Shown: positions 39,717-51,480 of the stretch, piece after piece
Position numbering within the stretch: position 1 is the first letter of the stretch
Layout: the number at the start of each line of letters is the position of its first letter
NCBI RefSeq assembly: GCF_964194155.1
Contig: NC_135896.1
Span: forward strand, 39,184,001 to 39,248,000
Reading direction: 5' to 3'
DNA length: 64,000 bases
From: Cetorhinus maximus
Lineage: Eukaryota
Program-made: the position numbers and the translations under genes
Notes under the pieces: generated by a model
The model's input: only the letters and a program-made list of their open reading frames with translations
What the model was told of the DNA's origin: nothing
Database searches by the model: none

Positions 39717-42700
39717 CCAGTAAGGAATACAAAATTTTATCCATTTTATAAAAATGGGTCCAAATCCAAATTTTTGAAGAGTAAAGAAAAGGTAGTCCCA
39801 TTCTACTCTATCAAAAGCCTTTTCTGTATCCATAGTAATAAGAACTTCAGGAAGAGTAGTTGAATGTGTATAAATATTGAAATTATGCCATAAGTTAGAG
39901 AGGGATTGCTTGCCCTGTATAAAACCTGTCTGATCAGGAGAGATAAGAGATGGAAGGACAGGTTCAAGATGGTGGGCTAAGGCTTTAGCTAGTATCTTGA
40001 CATCCACATTTAAAAGGAAAATGGGCCAGTATGAACTGCAATGCAGAGGATCCTTATCACTCTTTAAAAGAATAGACAAAGATGCCTGGCGCAGCGTCTT
40101 AGAGAGAAAGCATTCTGAAAACAGAGACATTAATAATGGAGAAAGCTGTGATAAGAATATTTTATAAAATTCTATTGGAAATCCATCAGACCCTGGTGCC
40201 TTATTACTTTGCATGGATTTAATTGCTTTTAGTATTTCATCTTGGGAAAGAGGTACCTCTAACGCATTCATAGAGTCAGACGTTAGAGATGGGATGTCCA
40301 TATTATCAAAAGAATTGTGAAATAAGCCAAGATCTGAAAAGGAGTCTGAGGTGTAAAGAGTGGAATAAAAAAGTTCGAATTGATTATTGATGATAGTTGA
40401 CCCTGTTGGAGTAATTTTAGCAATAAGCTGAGAGAAAGCAGACTGGCGAAGCTGGTGAGCCAGGAGCCTACTGGTTCTTTCACCATGCTTACAAAATATA
40501 CTACGTGATCCAAGTGTAAGATTTTCTGTTTATTTAGTGGAAAGAAGATCAAATTTAGTTTGTAGAGCCAGATATTATTTGTATAATACTGGGGTAGGTG
40601 CAATAGCATACTGCAGGTCCACTAAGAGAATTTTGTCAATCAATTGGGACAATTTTGAGGTATTGTGTTTGTTAAGTTGAGCAGTATATGAAATTATTTG
40701 TCCACTTGGGTAAGCCTTCATATTCTCCCAAACAGTAGCAAAGGAAATATCTGGAGTGTATTAAGTTCCATAAAAATATCTATTTGTGAGGAAATAAATT
40801 TAGTAAAATCCAGGTCCACCAAAGAAGAGAATCAAGGCCCCATGGTGGTCAAGAAACAGGTTGGTCATGGAATCGTATTGCTAAAACTAAGGGGGCACGA
40901 TCAGAGATCACAAAACTATCGTGTGTGCAATATTGAATTAACGTAAGCAGCCTCTCGTCAAGGAAAAATTTGTCAATATGTGAATAGGTGTGGTGAACAG
41001 GGGAGAGAAAAAAATGAGTATTGTCTTGCTGATAGGTTTAGAAAATGCCATGAGTCTACCAATCCATGTGGATCCAGAAAAGAACTGATGGCTGAGGCTG
41101 ATTTTGACATTGGAACAGATTTTGTGGATGAGTGATCTAAATTTGGGTTATGAGCACAGTTAAAGTCTCCTCCATGGAGTAAAAGATATGAGTCTAAATC
41201 AGCTGTGGAAAATAAGAATTTTGAAATGGAACAGTGATCACCCCAGTTGGGTGCATATACATTAGCTAGGATCAATGGGCAATTAAAAAGTCTGCCTTGT
41301 ACTATAACATAGCGACCATTAGGGTCAGCTATAACCTAAGACTGAACAAAGGGAATGCCTTTATGGGTTAAAATTTCTGCACCTCTCGCTTTACTATGAA
41401 AATTAGAATGAAACATCTGCCCAACCCAACCTCATTTAAAAATGGTCAGATGTACATAACTGAGTTTCCTGCAGGAAGGCAATGCCCACCTTCAAATGAT
41501 GTAAATGAGGAGAACTTTATTTCTTTTAACTGGGTGATTTAGACCTTTCACATTCCAGGTGATAAAATAGATTGGACAACCACCCTGTGAGGCCTTAATA
41601 TTAGTGGACATGATGATGATCAAAGCATCTGGGTCCCATAGGGCTAACTATTGCAAATAAAGGATTAAATATTTTTGAACCAAAGCTTATCCACCTAAAG
41701 AATGTTAAAAACTGACCAAAAGGAAAGCATATATGTATATCTGGAAAAGACCAAGAAAAAGTGAAAAAAGAAAAGGGAGAAAAAAAAGGGAAGGAGGAAA
41801 GAAAAGCTTACATCACCTCCCCAAACGAGGTGGATGCTAACCCTCACAGCTAGTGTACTATTCATACCTATCTTGCCAGTGTGTCTTAAAAAGACAGCCC
41901 ACATTAAAGCAATATACAATCAAATATCCCAAACGAAAGAATTGTAAAGCTCAGCATATGCTAAACAAGGTGCAGAATCTGTCTGAAGCAACAGTTTTGT
42001 AATATGGTACTCCACAAGAGAGGGAGAATATAAAGAAAGATTCAACTCTCAAATAATTCAATTGTACATGCGGTACAAGGTAAAAAATAAATATCCATAG
42101 GGTTTATGTAAAACTTGCCACGATTAGTGTAGTTTGGACAAATGATACAAAGAGATTGGTATAACCAACAAAACTTATCATGTAACAGAACCATCATGCA
42201 GAGTTACCTAATTAAGCATTGAGTACCATTTTGTCCTGGGTGAAGTCAAGATATGACTTATTAAGAGACGGTACAATTGTGTCCTTGAATAAGGCTGAAG
42301 CTCTTGCGGCATGTTGAAAACTTTCAACAGAGTGAATAAGATTATGTGCAAGCAAGCAGGGTGGAGAAAGCCATATTTAAGTCTGGCTTCACAAAGTTGG
42401 GCTTTAACTAATGTATATTCTCCATGACACTGGGCTAGATCCATGGTGAGGTCAGGGTAGATGAATATCTTGCTTCCATGAAAGTATAGTTTCTCTGGAC
42501 AGACGCATAATTTGCTCCTTCACTCTATAGTGATGCAGTCTTAGTGTTAATGGCCTTGGGGGCTCACCACGCTGTGGCCGTGACACCAAAGGGCGATGGG
42601 CTCGATCCACTACCAGTGGTAAATTGAAACTCTCCTTGCCAAAAACCTCCAAAAGTGCCTCAGTAAAAGTTGTAGGGTTTCCCTGCTCCGCACCCTTGGG

Positions 42701-42869
42701 CACCGAGAGAATCCATAAATTTTGTCTTCGGCTGCGATTTTCCAGGTCATCCACCTTCTTCAACAATTTAGTATTTTGGGCTTCCAGCTGGTTGCAGCAG
42801 GTCTCCAGAGCCACAATTCTGTTGCTTGAGTCCTGATCGTTCAACATCTCGCAGCCTTTGATTGAAGGA

Positions 42870-42943
42870 AGCGATAGAGGCTTGTAGAGTAGCGATAGAG
42901 GCTTGTAGAGTAGCAACAGAGGCTAATAGAGTAGCAACAGAGG
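42870..42943 (-). repeat. 21-bp tandem repeat (about 3.5 units) in the L1 ORF1 coiled coil
   Basis: agcgatagaggcttgtagagt x2, agcaacagaggctaatagagt, agcaacagagg; translates to the heptads SVATLLA SVATLQA SIATLQA SIASFNQ. Confidence 0.85.
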
Positions 42944-45900
42944 AACGTGGTTCCGAACAGAGTACAGCAAATTCAGCGAGAATAGTGCTCTGTAAGTCAG
43001 CAGGTGTGCTGGCAGAATTAAATTCAGCATGGAAAACCGCCATGTTGTTACCAGCTGTAATATCGGACAATGCAGTCGATAAAGCACCAGGCCTGGTTTC
43101 ATTCTGATTGCGTTTGCCTCTGGGTTTAGACATTTCAAATGTATGTTGTGTCAGAGCAAACCCCAAAACAGACAGTGAAAAAGCTGAACCTTTCAACCCA
43201 ACATCAGCAATTTCCACAGAGATAAACCACAGGAATCATGGGAGCTGTCTTCAGCCACCTCTTACTCCATTTCCATCACATGACCACTCCCCTAATAATA
43301 GCTTCTAACATTTTTTCTATGATGAATGTTAAGCTAACTAGCCTGTAGTTTCTTGCTTTGTCTCCCTCTTTTTGAATAAAGGAGTTACATTCATCATTTT
43401 CCAATCTAATGGAACTTCCCTTAATCTAGGGAATTTTGGAAAATTAAAACCAACACATCAACTATCTCACTAGCCACTTCTTTTAAGACCCTAGGATGGC
43501 TTGGGACTTGTCAGCCCGCAGTTCCAACAAACTGCTCGGTGCCATTTCCCAGGTGTTTGTAATTTTCTTGAGTTCCTCCCTCCCTTCCATTTCCTGATTT
43601 ACAGCTATTTCTGGGATGTTATTTGTATCCTGCATAGTGAAGACTGACACAAAGTAACTTTTCAATTCATCTGCTATCTCTTTATTTTTCATTCCCCAGA
43701 CTCACTTTCTGCAGGACCAGTGCTCACTTTGTTACCTTTCTTTTTTAAATATCTATAGAAACTCTATCAGTTTTTATATTTCTAGCTAGCTTTCTCCTGT
43801 ACTGTAATTTTTCCCTTCTTATTCATCTTTTAATCATTCTTTGCTTTTCTTTATATACTGTCCAATACTCTGACCTGCACCTATCTTTGCACAATTATAT
43901 GCTTTTTCTTTAAGTTTGATACTACTTATAATTTTTTTTTAGTTACACACAGATGGTGGGTCCTCCCCCTGGAATTTTTCTTTCTTGTTGGAATATATCT
44001 ATTGTTGGAATATATCTAATATATAAAATATCCCCTTAAATGTCTGCCACTGCATCTCTATTGACCTATTCCTCAACCTAATTTACCAGTCCATTTTAGC
44101 TAGCTCTGCTTTCTTGCCCTCATAATTGCTCTTATTTAAATTTAAAATACTAGTCTTAGAACCACTCCTCTCTCCCTCAAACTGTATGTAAAATTCAATC
44201 ACATTATGATTGCTGCTACCTAGGGGCACCTTCATTATGTCATTAACTAATCCCATCTCATTGCACAATACCAGGTAAGTATAGCGTGCTCTCATTGGTC
44301 TCACCAATGCCCTGTACAGCTGTAACAAGACTTCTGTACTTTTATATTTGATTCCTCTTGCAATAAAGACCAACATTCCATTTGCCTTCCTAATTACTTG
44401 CTGTACCCACATGCTAACTTGTTGTGATGCATGTACAAGGACACCCAGGTGCCTCTGTACTGCAGCATTCTGCAGTCTCTCATCATTTAAATAACATTCA
44501 GTTTTTCTATTCTTTCTGCCAAAGTGGACACGTTCGCATTCACTCACATTGTACACTATTTGTGAATGTTTTGCCGACTCCCTCAACCTAACTATATCCC
44601 TTTGCAGACTCTTTGTATCCTCCTCACAATGTGCTTTCCTACCTATCATTGTATCATCATATAAAACATTTAAAAAGTTTCCATAGCAAGAGAAAAAAAT
44701 GCATTTCAGTCTACTCGTCACTATCTCACTGCATTTGGGGGGCTTTGCTGTGTGCAAACTGACTGACACAATACATGAGTGCAATTCTTCACTGGCTGTG
44801 AAGAGCATTGGAACACCTTAAGGTTGTGAAAAGCACTATTATCAATGATGCACATTATTTCTTTCCTTTCAAGGAGTTGAATTTTGTGGGAAATGGTCAC
44901 ATGACCAAACATTTCCAAGAGAACTCTGGCAAGTAGCTAGTGAGGAAAGGGCTCAATCAAGCAGAGAAAGACTTCAGTGGAGTGAGAAAGTATTCTGCTT
45001 TAGAGTTGTAACCAAGTTAGCTAGCAAACAGCTGTCCTATTTACTTTAGAAAATGTCACAAAACTATCATATATGTCATAATATTGTGGGGTATTGTGAA
45101 GTAGGCTAATGCTTGTGTGTGTGTGTGGATGGTTCTATGTGGCTGATTTAATTAGAGATGCATAGACTGAAAGGTTGAAATTATCAAAAGAGATAGGTGT
45201 AAAAGGGCAGGTGAAATGCTAATGAGTGAGCTAGGGTAAAGTCAGCAGATAAGGTGTGAATGAAATTTGCAATTTTAGATAGATGGAGGTGTTTGATTTT
45301 CAGAGACATGGTAGGATGTTTTGTTGATTTTTCCCAAAAGGGCTGATCATAATGACAACATAAAAGATTTTTATGTTATGGGAAAAGCAAATTCCAAAGA
45401 CCATCTGGGAACAATGAGATTTACAGATTAAAGAGGAAGAAATATATTTAAAGGAAGATTGGAAGCCATGGGGGTGGCCATGTAATATCTGAAAGATGCA
45501 CCATGTGAAACAGATTTGGAAAAAAGCCTCTAGCCACTTTGCAGAAGTCTGCTGTTCCAGTAACCAGAATTCCACTGTCAAGTGGGTGCTTCTGGTAACC
45601 TTGCTGGATTGTCACTATAAATTTAAAATCTATTTTGGACTGTTACCTTAAAGGGGTGTGTAGTTGGGAGCCTGGTTAAATAGGAATTTTGGAATTGTTG
45701 TAATAGTAAGTAACCAAGTAATTATGTAATTGTAATCTTGCGCACATGTTTTATTCTTTTTTGTTAATAAATGTTTTATTTAATTTTTAAAATCTCTAAA
45801 GGTGTTAGTGGACTCATTAGTTCCAAATTCTTCTCATAATAAATATAAATTGCTGCCATATCATCTCAAAAAGCCCAGACTCAGTGGAGTGGGATTTGCT

Positions 45901-46564
45901 TAAAATAATGAAGAAGCAAACAATCTGTATGTAGGAAGAACCAGTGATCATGCACATGAATTATAGAAGAGTAGAACAAGGTTAGATATGACATTCTTCT
46001 TCCTAAGAGGTTGTTCACTTATGGAATAAATTGCAGGCTCACGCAGCAGAGTGCGCAGATTTGTTGCATATTTTCAAAGGAGTTCCACCTGGATGGGTAG
46101 AAATCATGGCAAACAAAAAGGTGAGATACGAAGTAAGACGATTAATGTCACGAGTAATACTCGGGGTGGGGTGGGGCGGGGCGAGGCGGGGATTAAGAAA
46201 GGAAATTCTTAGCCTGCTAATTTCACTAAATTGACAAATAAATTTTGATTTCCCCAGACTAGATGACGAACAGGAATTAGACTGGATGGGGCCAACTATC
46301 CGTCAGGGCAATTTACGAGGTGTCGATGCAGTAAAAGATCTGAGGCTTTCTGCTGAGGCAGAAGCTGTTATCAGACGGCCTGTTCGCTTAGGCCCTGAGA
46401 GTTGTGGCGGACACAAGTCAGGCCGCAAGGCTCACTCCCAAACCGCGCGCCCGGGTCAAGTGCACCAACCGGGGTGGGGTGAGAGGAGGCAGGGGACACA
46501 AGTTCGCTCCCGCTCAAACCCGCCAGAAACTCTATTCTAGACTCATCCACTCTCCCACTCTCAC

Positions 46565-46640
46565 CGACAAACGACCAAGCCGGAGACTCTCTGTCCAGGT
46601 GTACGCGTTAACTTCACCGGAAATTGCTCAGACCACGCGC
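46565..46640 (-). other. BAG5: Putative non-coding exon 1 of BAG5 (5' boundary approximate)
   Basis: Minus-strand donor TCG|GTGAGA, with the intron starting at 46564, inside the CpG island. No ATG in the segment. Fits the two-exon BAG5 architecture with the acceptor at 19810. Confidence 0.55.
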
Positions 46641-46702
46641 ATGCGTATAGTCGACTCCCGTGTGATTGCCCCGGGATTGCTTCACGACAGGAAGTGATGT
46701 CG

Positions 46703-46845
46703 TGAAGCAGAGTCATACGGACTCGAAACGTTAACTCTGTCTTTCTCTCCACAGGTGCTGTCAGACCTGCTGAGTGTGTCCAGCAATTTTTCTTTTTGTT
46801 TTTGTTTCAGATTTCCAGCATCTGCAGTATTTTGCTTTTATATTC
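46703..46845 (+). mobile_element. 143-bp PLE terminal fragment (hammerhead-type) inserted in the core promoter
   Basis: 13-bp direct repeats GGAAGTGATGTCG at 46690-46702 and 46846-46858. The body gagtcatacggactcgaaacgttaactctgtctttctctccacag...cctgctgag...agatttccagcatctgcagtattttgc belongs to the same family as copies at 5091, 10920, 24241 and 32785. Confidence 0.85.
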
Positions 46846-46920
46846 GGAAGTGATGTCGGTTGCCTCACTGCCGTAAACTGTGACGGCCGGGACGCGGCAA
46901 AGGCTTTTTTCCGTTTAGCG

Positions 46921-47091
46921 ATGCGCTGCAGTTCTCGGGTTGGGCTTCCATGCGTCGGAAAACTGTTGTGGGGAAGAGTGTTGCACAGTACTCGGGGAAA
47001 AGGAGCTGAAGCGGAGAAATGCGCAGTGTTGTCAGGAAGATGCTGTCAAATCTCGAATAGTGCCGCTGATCCAAGTGAAAATAGTGCCGAG
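46921..47091 (+). CDS. COA8: COA8 (APOPT1) coding exon 1, including a putative mitochondrial presequence
   Basis: ATG at 46921; MRCSSRVGLPCVGKLLWGRVLHSTRGKG... is basic with no acidic residue in the first 29 aa. 171 nt, phase-0 donor GAG|GTAAAT, in frame with exon 2. The N-terminus is poorly conserved, so the start is inferred. Confidence 0.72.
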
Positions 47092-47869
47092 GTAAATGAG
47101 AAACCTTCCCACCTCCAGTAATGTGAACTCCCTCCAGGTCGTTTGAAGTTTATTAGCCCCTGGGATCTGCTCCGTTCTACTTAAGATAGATCAAAATTGA
47201 ATAAAATATTGTATCGCCTTTATATTTTCCTTCACAAACTGTGTTAATGTAGATTTAAGTTACTAACCCAAAGGTGTGTCAGATGCTGAGCAGCACTGCC
47301 AGAAGTGGACAGCATAGAAAAGTTTTCGTTACAGTATAGCTTCATTGGTTGGCAGATTCATACACACACTTCACCATCTCATGGTGTCACGTTAAATGCC
47401 GTAACTGTACCTTCCCTGTTCTGGATCGACCATAAGACATAGGAGCAGAAATTAGGCCATTCGGCCAATCGAGTCTGCTCTGCCATTCAATCATGGCTGA
47501 TAAGTTTCTCAACCCCATTCTCCCGCCTTCGCCCCTTAACCTTTGATCCCCATACCAATCAAGAACCTTGATGCAGCAGCATAAAACATTTCGTACATGA
47601 TGCCAGTGATAAAATGCAGCTTAATCCGTTTTGTTGATCAAAAATACTTCTTTGATCACTTTGATTTACAACGAATGTAAAGAATGACAAACTGCATCAT
47701 AATTGCCATTTTATTGCGTGGCTTACCGTACTTGCGATGAAACAGTGCTCCTCCCTGTGTTTGCATTTAGTTGCCCTTGTGTACTATAAAATGTCCTTTT
47801 TGATTTACATACATTTATGCATAGTTTATCTGTGCAGCATACTTAAGAGCTTGCCCAACACCATGGGAG

Positions 47870-48600
47870 TGTTTTAATTCATTGACTGGATGTGGACATG
47901 GTTGGCAAGGCCAGCATCACTAATTGCATTTGAGAAGGTGGTGCTTTGCCACCTTCTTTGAACTGTTGTAATCGTGAGGTGAAGACCACAGTGGCGATAA
48001 GTAGAGAGTTCTAGGATTTTTGACCTGATGATACTGAAGGAATGGCAATACGGTTCCAAGTCAGGATGGTGTGTGACTTGGAGGGGAATTTGCAGGCGGT
48101 GTCTCACATACACTTGCTGCCCTTGTTTTCCTAGATGGTAGGGTTTGTGTGTTTGGGAGTGGTTGTCAAAGAAGCCTTGGAGAGTTACTGCAGTACATCT
48201 TGTAGATGGGAGGGAGTGAATGTTTAAGGTGGTGGATGGGATAGCAATCAAGCAGACTTCTTTCTCCTGGATGGTGTTGAACTTTTAGTGTTGTAGTGAC
48301 ATTCATCCTTGGAAGTGTAAAGTATTCTATCAAACTCCTGACTTATATCTTATAGATAGTAGCAAGACATTGGGGAGCCACTTTTGACCAGAAACTTAAC
48401 TGGATTAGCTGCATACATATTGTGGCTACAAGGGCAGGTCAGAGGCTGGGTATTCCACAACAACTGACTTGCATCCTGACTCAAAAGTGACTCCCCAAGA
48501 TGTTGACATTGGGAGATTCAATGATAATGTGACTGAATGTCAAGGGACAGTGGTTAAGCCTTTCTTTCTTGTTGGACATGATCATTGCCTTGCATTTGGA
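47870..48600 (-). mobile_element. CR1/L2-clade LINE 3' fragment
   Basis: Same 3' end family as 6920-7560 and 28960-29460 (IPSTTLNIHSL...; ggccagcatc tail). Confidence 0.7.
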
Positions 48601-48794
48601 TGAGACATTAAACTGAGGCCCCATCTGCCCCCTCATGTGATCCCATGACAAGAGAGGAGTTATCCCTGGTGTCCTGACTAATATTTATCCCTCAGTCAAC
48701 GTTACTAAAACAGATTGCTGTTTGTGAGAGCTTATTGTGCACAAATTGGCTGCCCCATTTCCTATATTATGTAAGCGACTACACTTCAAAAGTA

Positions 48795-49063
48795 CAGTCA
48801 ACCCCCGTTGTTTGTGGGGGCTCAGTTCATGCGAAATCTTGTGATGGGTAAAATTTCAAACTGAACTTGAGCATGCACAGAGATGCCACATGCACAGTGC
48901 GCGCTTTCTACATGGGGAAGATGTTGGAAAGGTGAGAGTTCAACATTCTAAATTGCGGATGAGTGACGTTTTGGAGACATAAACTGCAATTTGGTGTACG
49001 TACACAATCGCGTGGGTAAACAAATTTGCGATAAAGGGGGTGGTGAATGATGGGAGTTGATTG
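48795..49063. mobile_element. Tc1/mariner-pogo (Tigger-like) MITE inserted into a DeuSINE
   Basis: TA TSD (48793-48794, 49064-49065); TIRs CAGTCAACCCCC and GGGAGTTGATTG; the SINE tail acttcaaaagTA|tttcactggccgtaaagc rejoins across it. Confidence 0.75.
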
Positions 49064-49349
49064 TATTTCACTGGCCGTAAAGCTCTTTGGGACATCCTGA
49101 GGTCATGAAGAGTGCTGTGTAAATGCAAGTCTTTCTTTTTCCAGAAGATTCTTGAGGGGGCAGAAAGCAAATTTAACAGTTTGAATGATGAATTGGGCTT
49201 CAACATTTAGTTAGTTTGCCACATTGTTTTTAGTGGTAAATAGTGTTTACTATTTATTTGCAGACCATTGGACTTGCCTTGGTCTGAAGGAAGGAAATAG
49301 GACCTTATTAATATCTTAGCAAAGTTATTTTATTTGACTTTTTAAAAAT

Positions 49350-51010
49350 TCCATGGGCTATGAAAGACTTGCAGTATTTAATGAATATCTCGCACCTGTC
49401 TTCACAAAGGAGGAAGATGCTATCCAGGCCATAGTGCAAGGGGAGGTAATTCAGACACTAGAAGGGTTTAAAATTGATGAGGGGATATTGGATAGGCTGT
49501 CTGTACTCGGAGTTCTATTCAGAGCTGTTAAGGTACCAGACCAGATGAGATGCATCTAAGGATACTGAGATAAGTGACAGTAGAAATTGCAGAGGCACTG
49601 GCCATAATTTTTCAGTCTCCTTTAAACTCAGGACTGATGCCACAAGATTGGAGAATTAGAAACATTGCACCCTTGTTGAACAGAGGCTGTAAAGATAAGC
49701 CCAGCAACTACAGGCCAGTCAGTTTAACTTCAGTGGTAGGGAAACTTCAAGAAACAATAGTTCAGGGCAAAATTAATAGTCATATGGACAAATGTGGGTT
49801 AATAAAGGAAAGTTAGCATGGATTCCTTAAGAGAAAGTCATGTTTAACTAACTTGCTGGAGTTTTTTTGAAGAGGTAGCAGAGGGGGTTAATGAGGGCAG
49901 TGCTGTTGATGTGGTGTACATGGACTTCCAAAAGGCATTTTGATACATGGCCATACAACAGACTTGTGAACAAAGCTCCAGCTCATGGAATAAAAGGGAC
50001 AGTAGCAACATGGATACAAAAATTAGCTGAGTGATAGGAAACAGTTAATGTATGTTTTTCGGGCTGGAGGAAGGTTTGCAGTGGAGTTCCCCAGGGTCAG
50101 TCTTGGGACCCTTGCTTTCCCTGATATATATTAATAACCTAGACCTTGGTGTGCATGGCACCATTTCAAAATTTGTGAATGATTTTAAACTTGGAAGCAT
50201 TGGGAACTGTGAGGAGGATAGTGTAGAACTTCAAAAGGACAGACAAGTTGGTGGAATGGGCAGACAGGTGACAGATGACGTTCAATATAGAGGAATGTGA
50301 AGTGATTTATTTTAGTAGGAATTCTAAATGGGATGCAGGAGCAGGTTGTCTATGTGCATAAATCATTGAAGGTGGCAGGACAGGTTGAGAGAGTGGTTAA
50401 TAAAGCATATAGTATTGTAGGCTTTGTCAATGGGGATATGGAGTATGAGAGCAAGGAGGTTACGTTGAACTTGTTTAAGACACTGGTTTGGCCTCAACTG
50501 AAGTATCACATCCAGTTCTGGGCGCCACACTTCAAGAAGGATGCGAATGCGTTGAAGAGAGTGCAGAAAAGATTCACGAGAATGGTACCAGGAATGAACT
50601 TAGATTGAAGAAATTAGGACTGTTTTCCTCGGAGAAAAGAAGGCTGAGAGGAGATTTGATAAGAGGTATTCAAAATCATGAGGGGTTGGAATTGAGTAAA
50701 TAGGGAGAAACTGTCCTGCCCACGAAAGGTTTGAGAAAGAGAATGGGACAGACTTGAAGTAATTGGCAAGAGAAGCAAAAGCGATATGAGAAAAAAACCT
50801 TTTCACTAAGCGAGTGGTTAAGGTTTGGAATGCACTGCCAGAGAGTGTGATGGAGGCAGGCTCAATCGAAGCATTCAAAAAGGAATTAGACTGTTCGCTG
50901 AAAAGGAAGAATGTGCAGGGTTACAGGGGGAAGGCGGGAAAATGGCACTGATGAATTGCTCATTCAGAGAACTGGTGCAGACATGATGGGTTCAATTCCT
51001 TCAATTCTGT
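49350..51010 (+). mobile_element. CR1 LINE RT and 3' end, frameshifted
   Basis: IAEALAIIFQ...KDKPSNYRPVSLTSVVGK (49574-49816), GSVLGPLL..IYINNLD (50052-50300), QFWAPHFKKD..ALKRVQKRFTRMVPG (50333-50608). Confidence 0.9.
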
Positions 51011-51480
51011 AAAAATTGTGTGATTGTGCACTGACAGAGCACATGAAGTCATTAGTGTGACATATGGTGCTTAGTATAAAGTTGTTTAATGTGTCTTCTA
51101 ACTGGTGGGTCAAGATGCCCTCACTTTTTCAGTTCTAATAAATTGCATTGTTTGCATTTTCTGAGTAATTAATATGCCTCCTGATAAGCACTGCTTGTTG
51201 TTTTCCCACCCATTTTATTCAGGCTAATTTGGTTTCAAGACAGTAAAACAAGAAAACTAGTAAAGTTAATTAGCAATATGGCATATTTGAGTAATATATG
51301 TGACTTCATTGTATTAACATTTGTGTGCAACAGAATCAATTTATATTTCTATATTTGCAGAGCCACTTTATTCAACTACTACACATTGTAATATTTTGAT
51401 GTCTTAAAATTTATTCATAGATTGTACAGACTGCAACTTTACAGTTCAGCAGTCAAATTCTTATCTTTGCTTGGATGGAA

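Larger units (their letters stand above)
37260..43292 (-). mobile_element. Full-length but decayed L1-clade LINE (5' UTR, ORF1, ORF2 EN-RT-zinc finger, short polyA)
   Basis: 9-bp TSD TAATAATAG (37251-37259, 43293-43301). ORF1 LENRSRRQNL...VDRAHR...PRPLTLRLH (42452-43138). ORF2 starts near 41611, with EN NVYAPN..GGDFNC (40973-41275), RT KAPGSDGFPIEFYK...DQTGFI...DTEKAFDRVEW (39624-40301), LYADDLLL (38960-39235) and CDKC...HMYWSC (37795-37977). Many frameshifts. Confidence 0.92.
35905..44650 (-). mobile_element. CR1 LINE (35905-37259 and 43302-44650) split by an L1 insertion
   Basis: ORFs PQGSVLGPQLL..YINNLD..VAKFADDTKVGG (36678-36932), RSHLEYCVQHW...VQRRFTRLIPG (36210-36623) and EIADELKSYFVSVFT (43483-43692). 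The CR1 sequence is continuous across the TSD TAATAATAG. Confidence 0.85.
46150..47100. promoter_or_regulatory. CpG-rich bidirectional promoter shared by BAG5 and COA8
   Basis: Local CpG enrichment in an otherwise CpG-poor window. GC box GGGGCGGGG near 46173; ETS CCGGAAAT 46617-46624; NRF1-like ACGCGCATGCGT 46635-46646; ETS/GABP GGAAGTG at 46690 and 46846. Lies between divergent first exons, and BAG5-COA8 head-to-head synteny is known in human. Confidence 0.85.

Noticed and set aside
46774-46920. Upstream in-frame extension of COA8 exon 1 (115-aa ORF in the track)
   Set aside because: It begins at a GTG inside the PLE insert and has no in-frame ATG before 46921. The part after 47091 is intron read-through.
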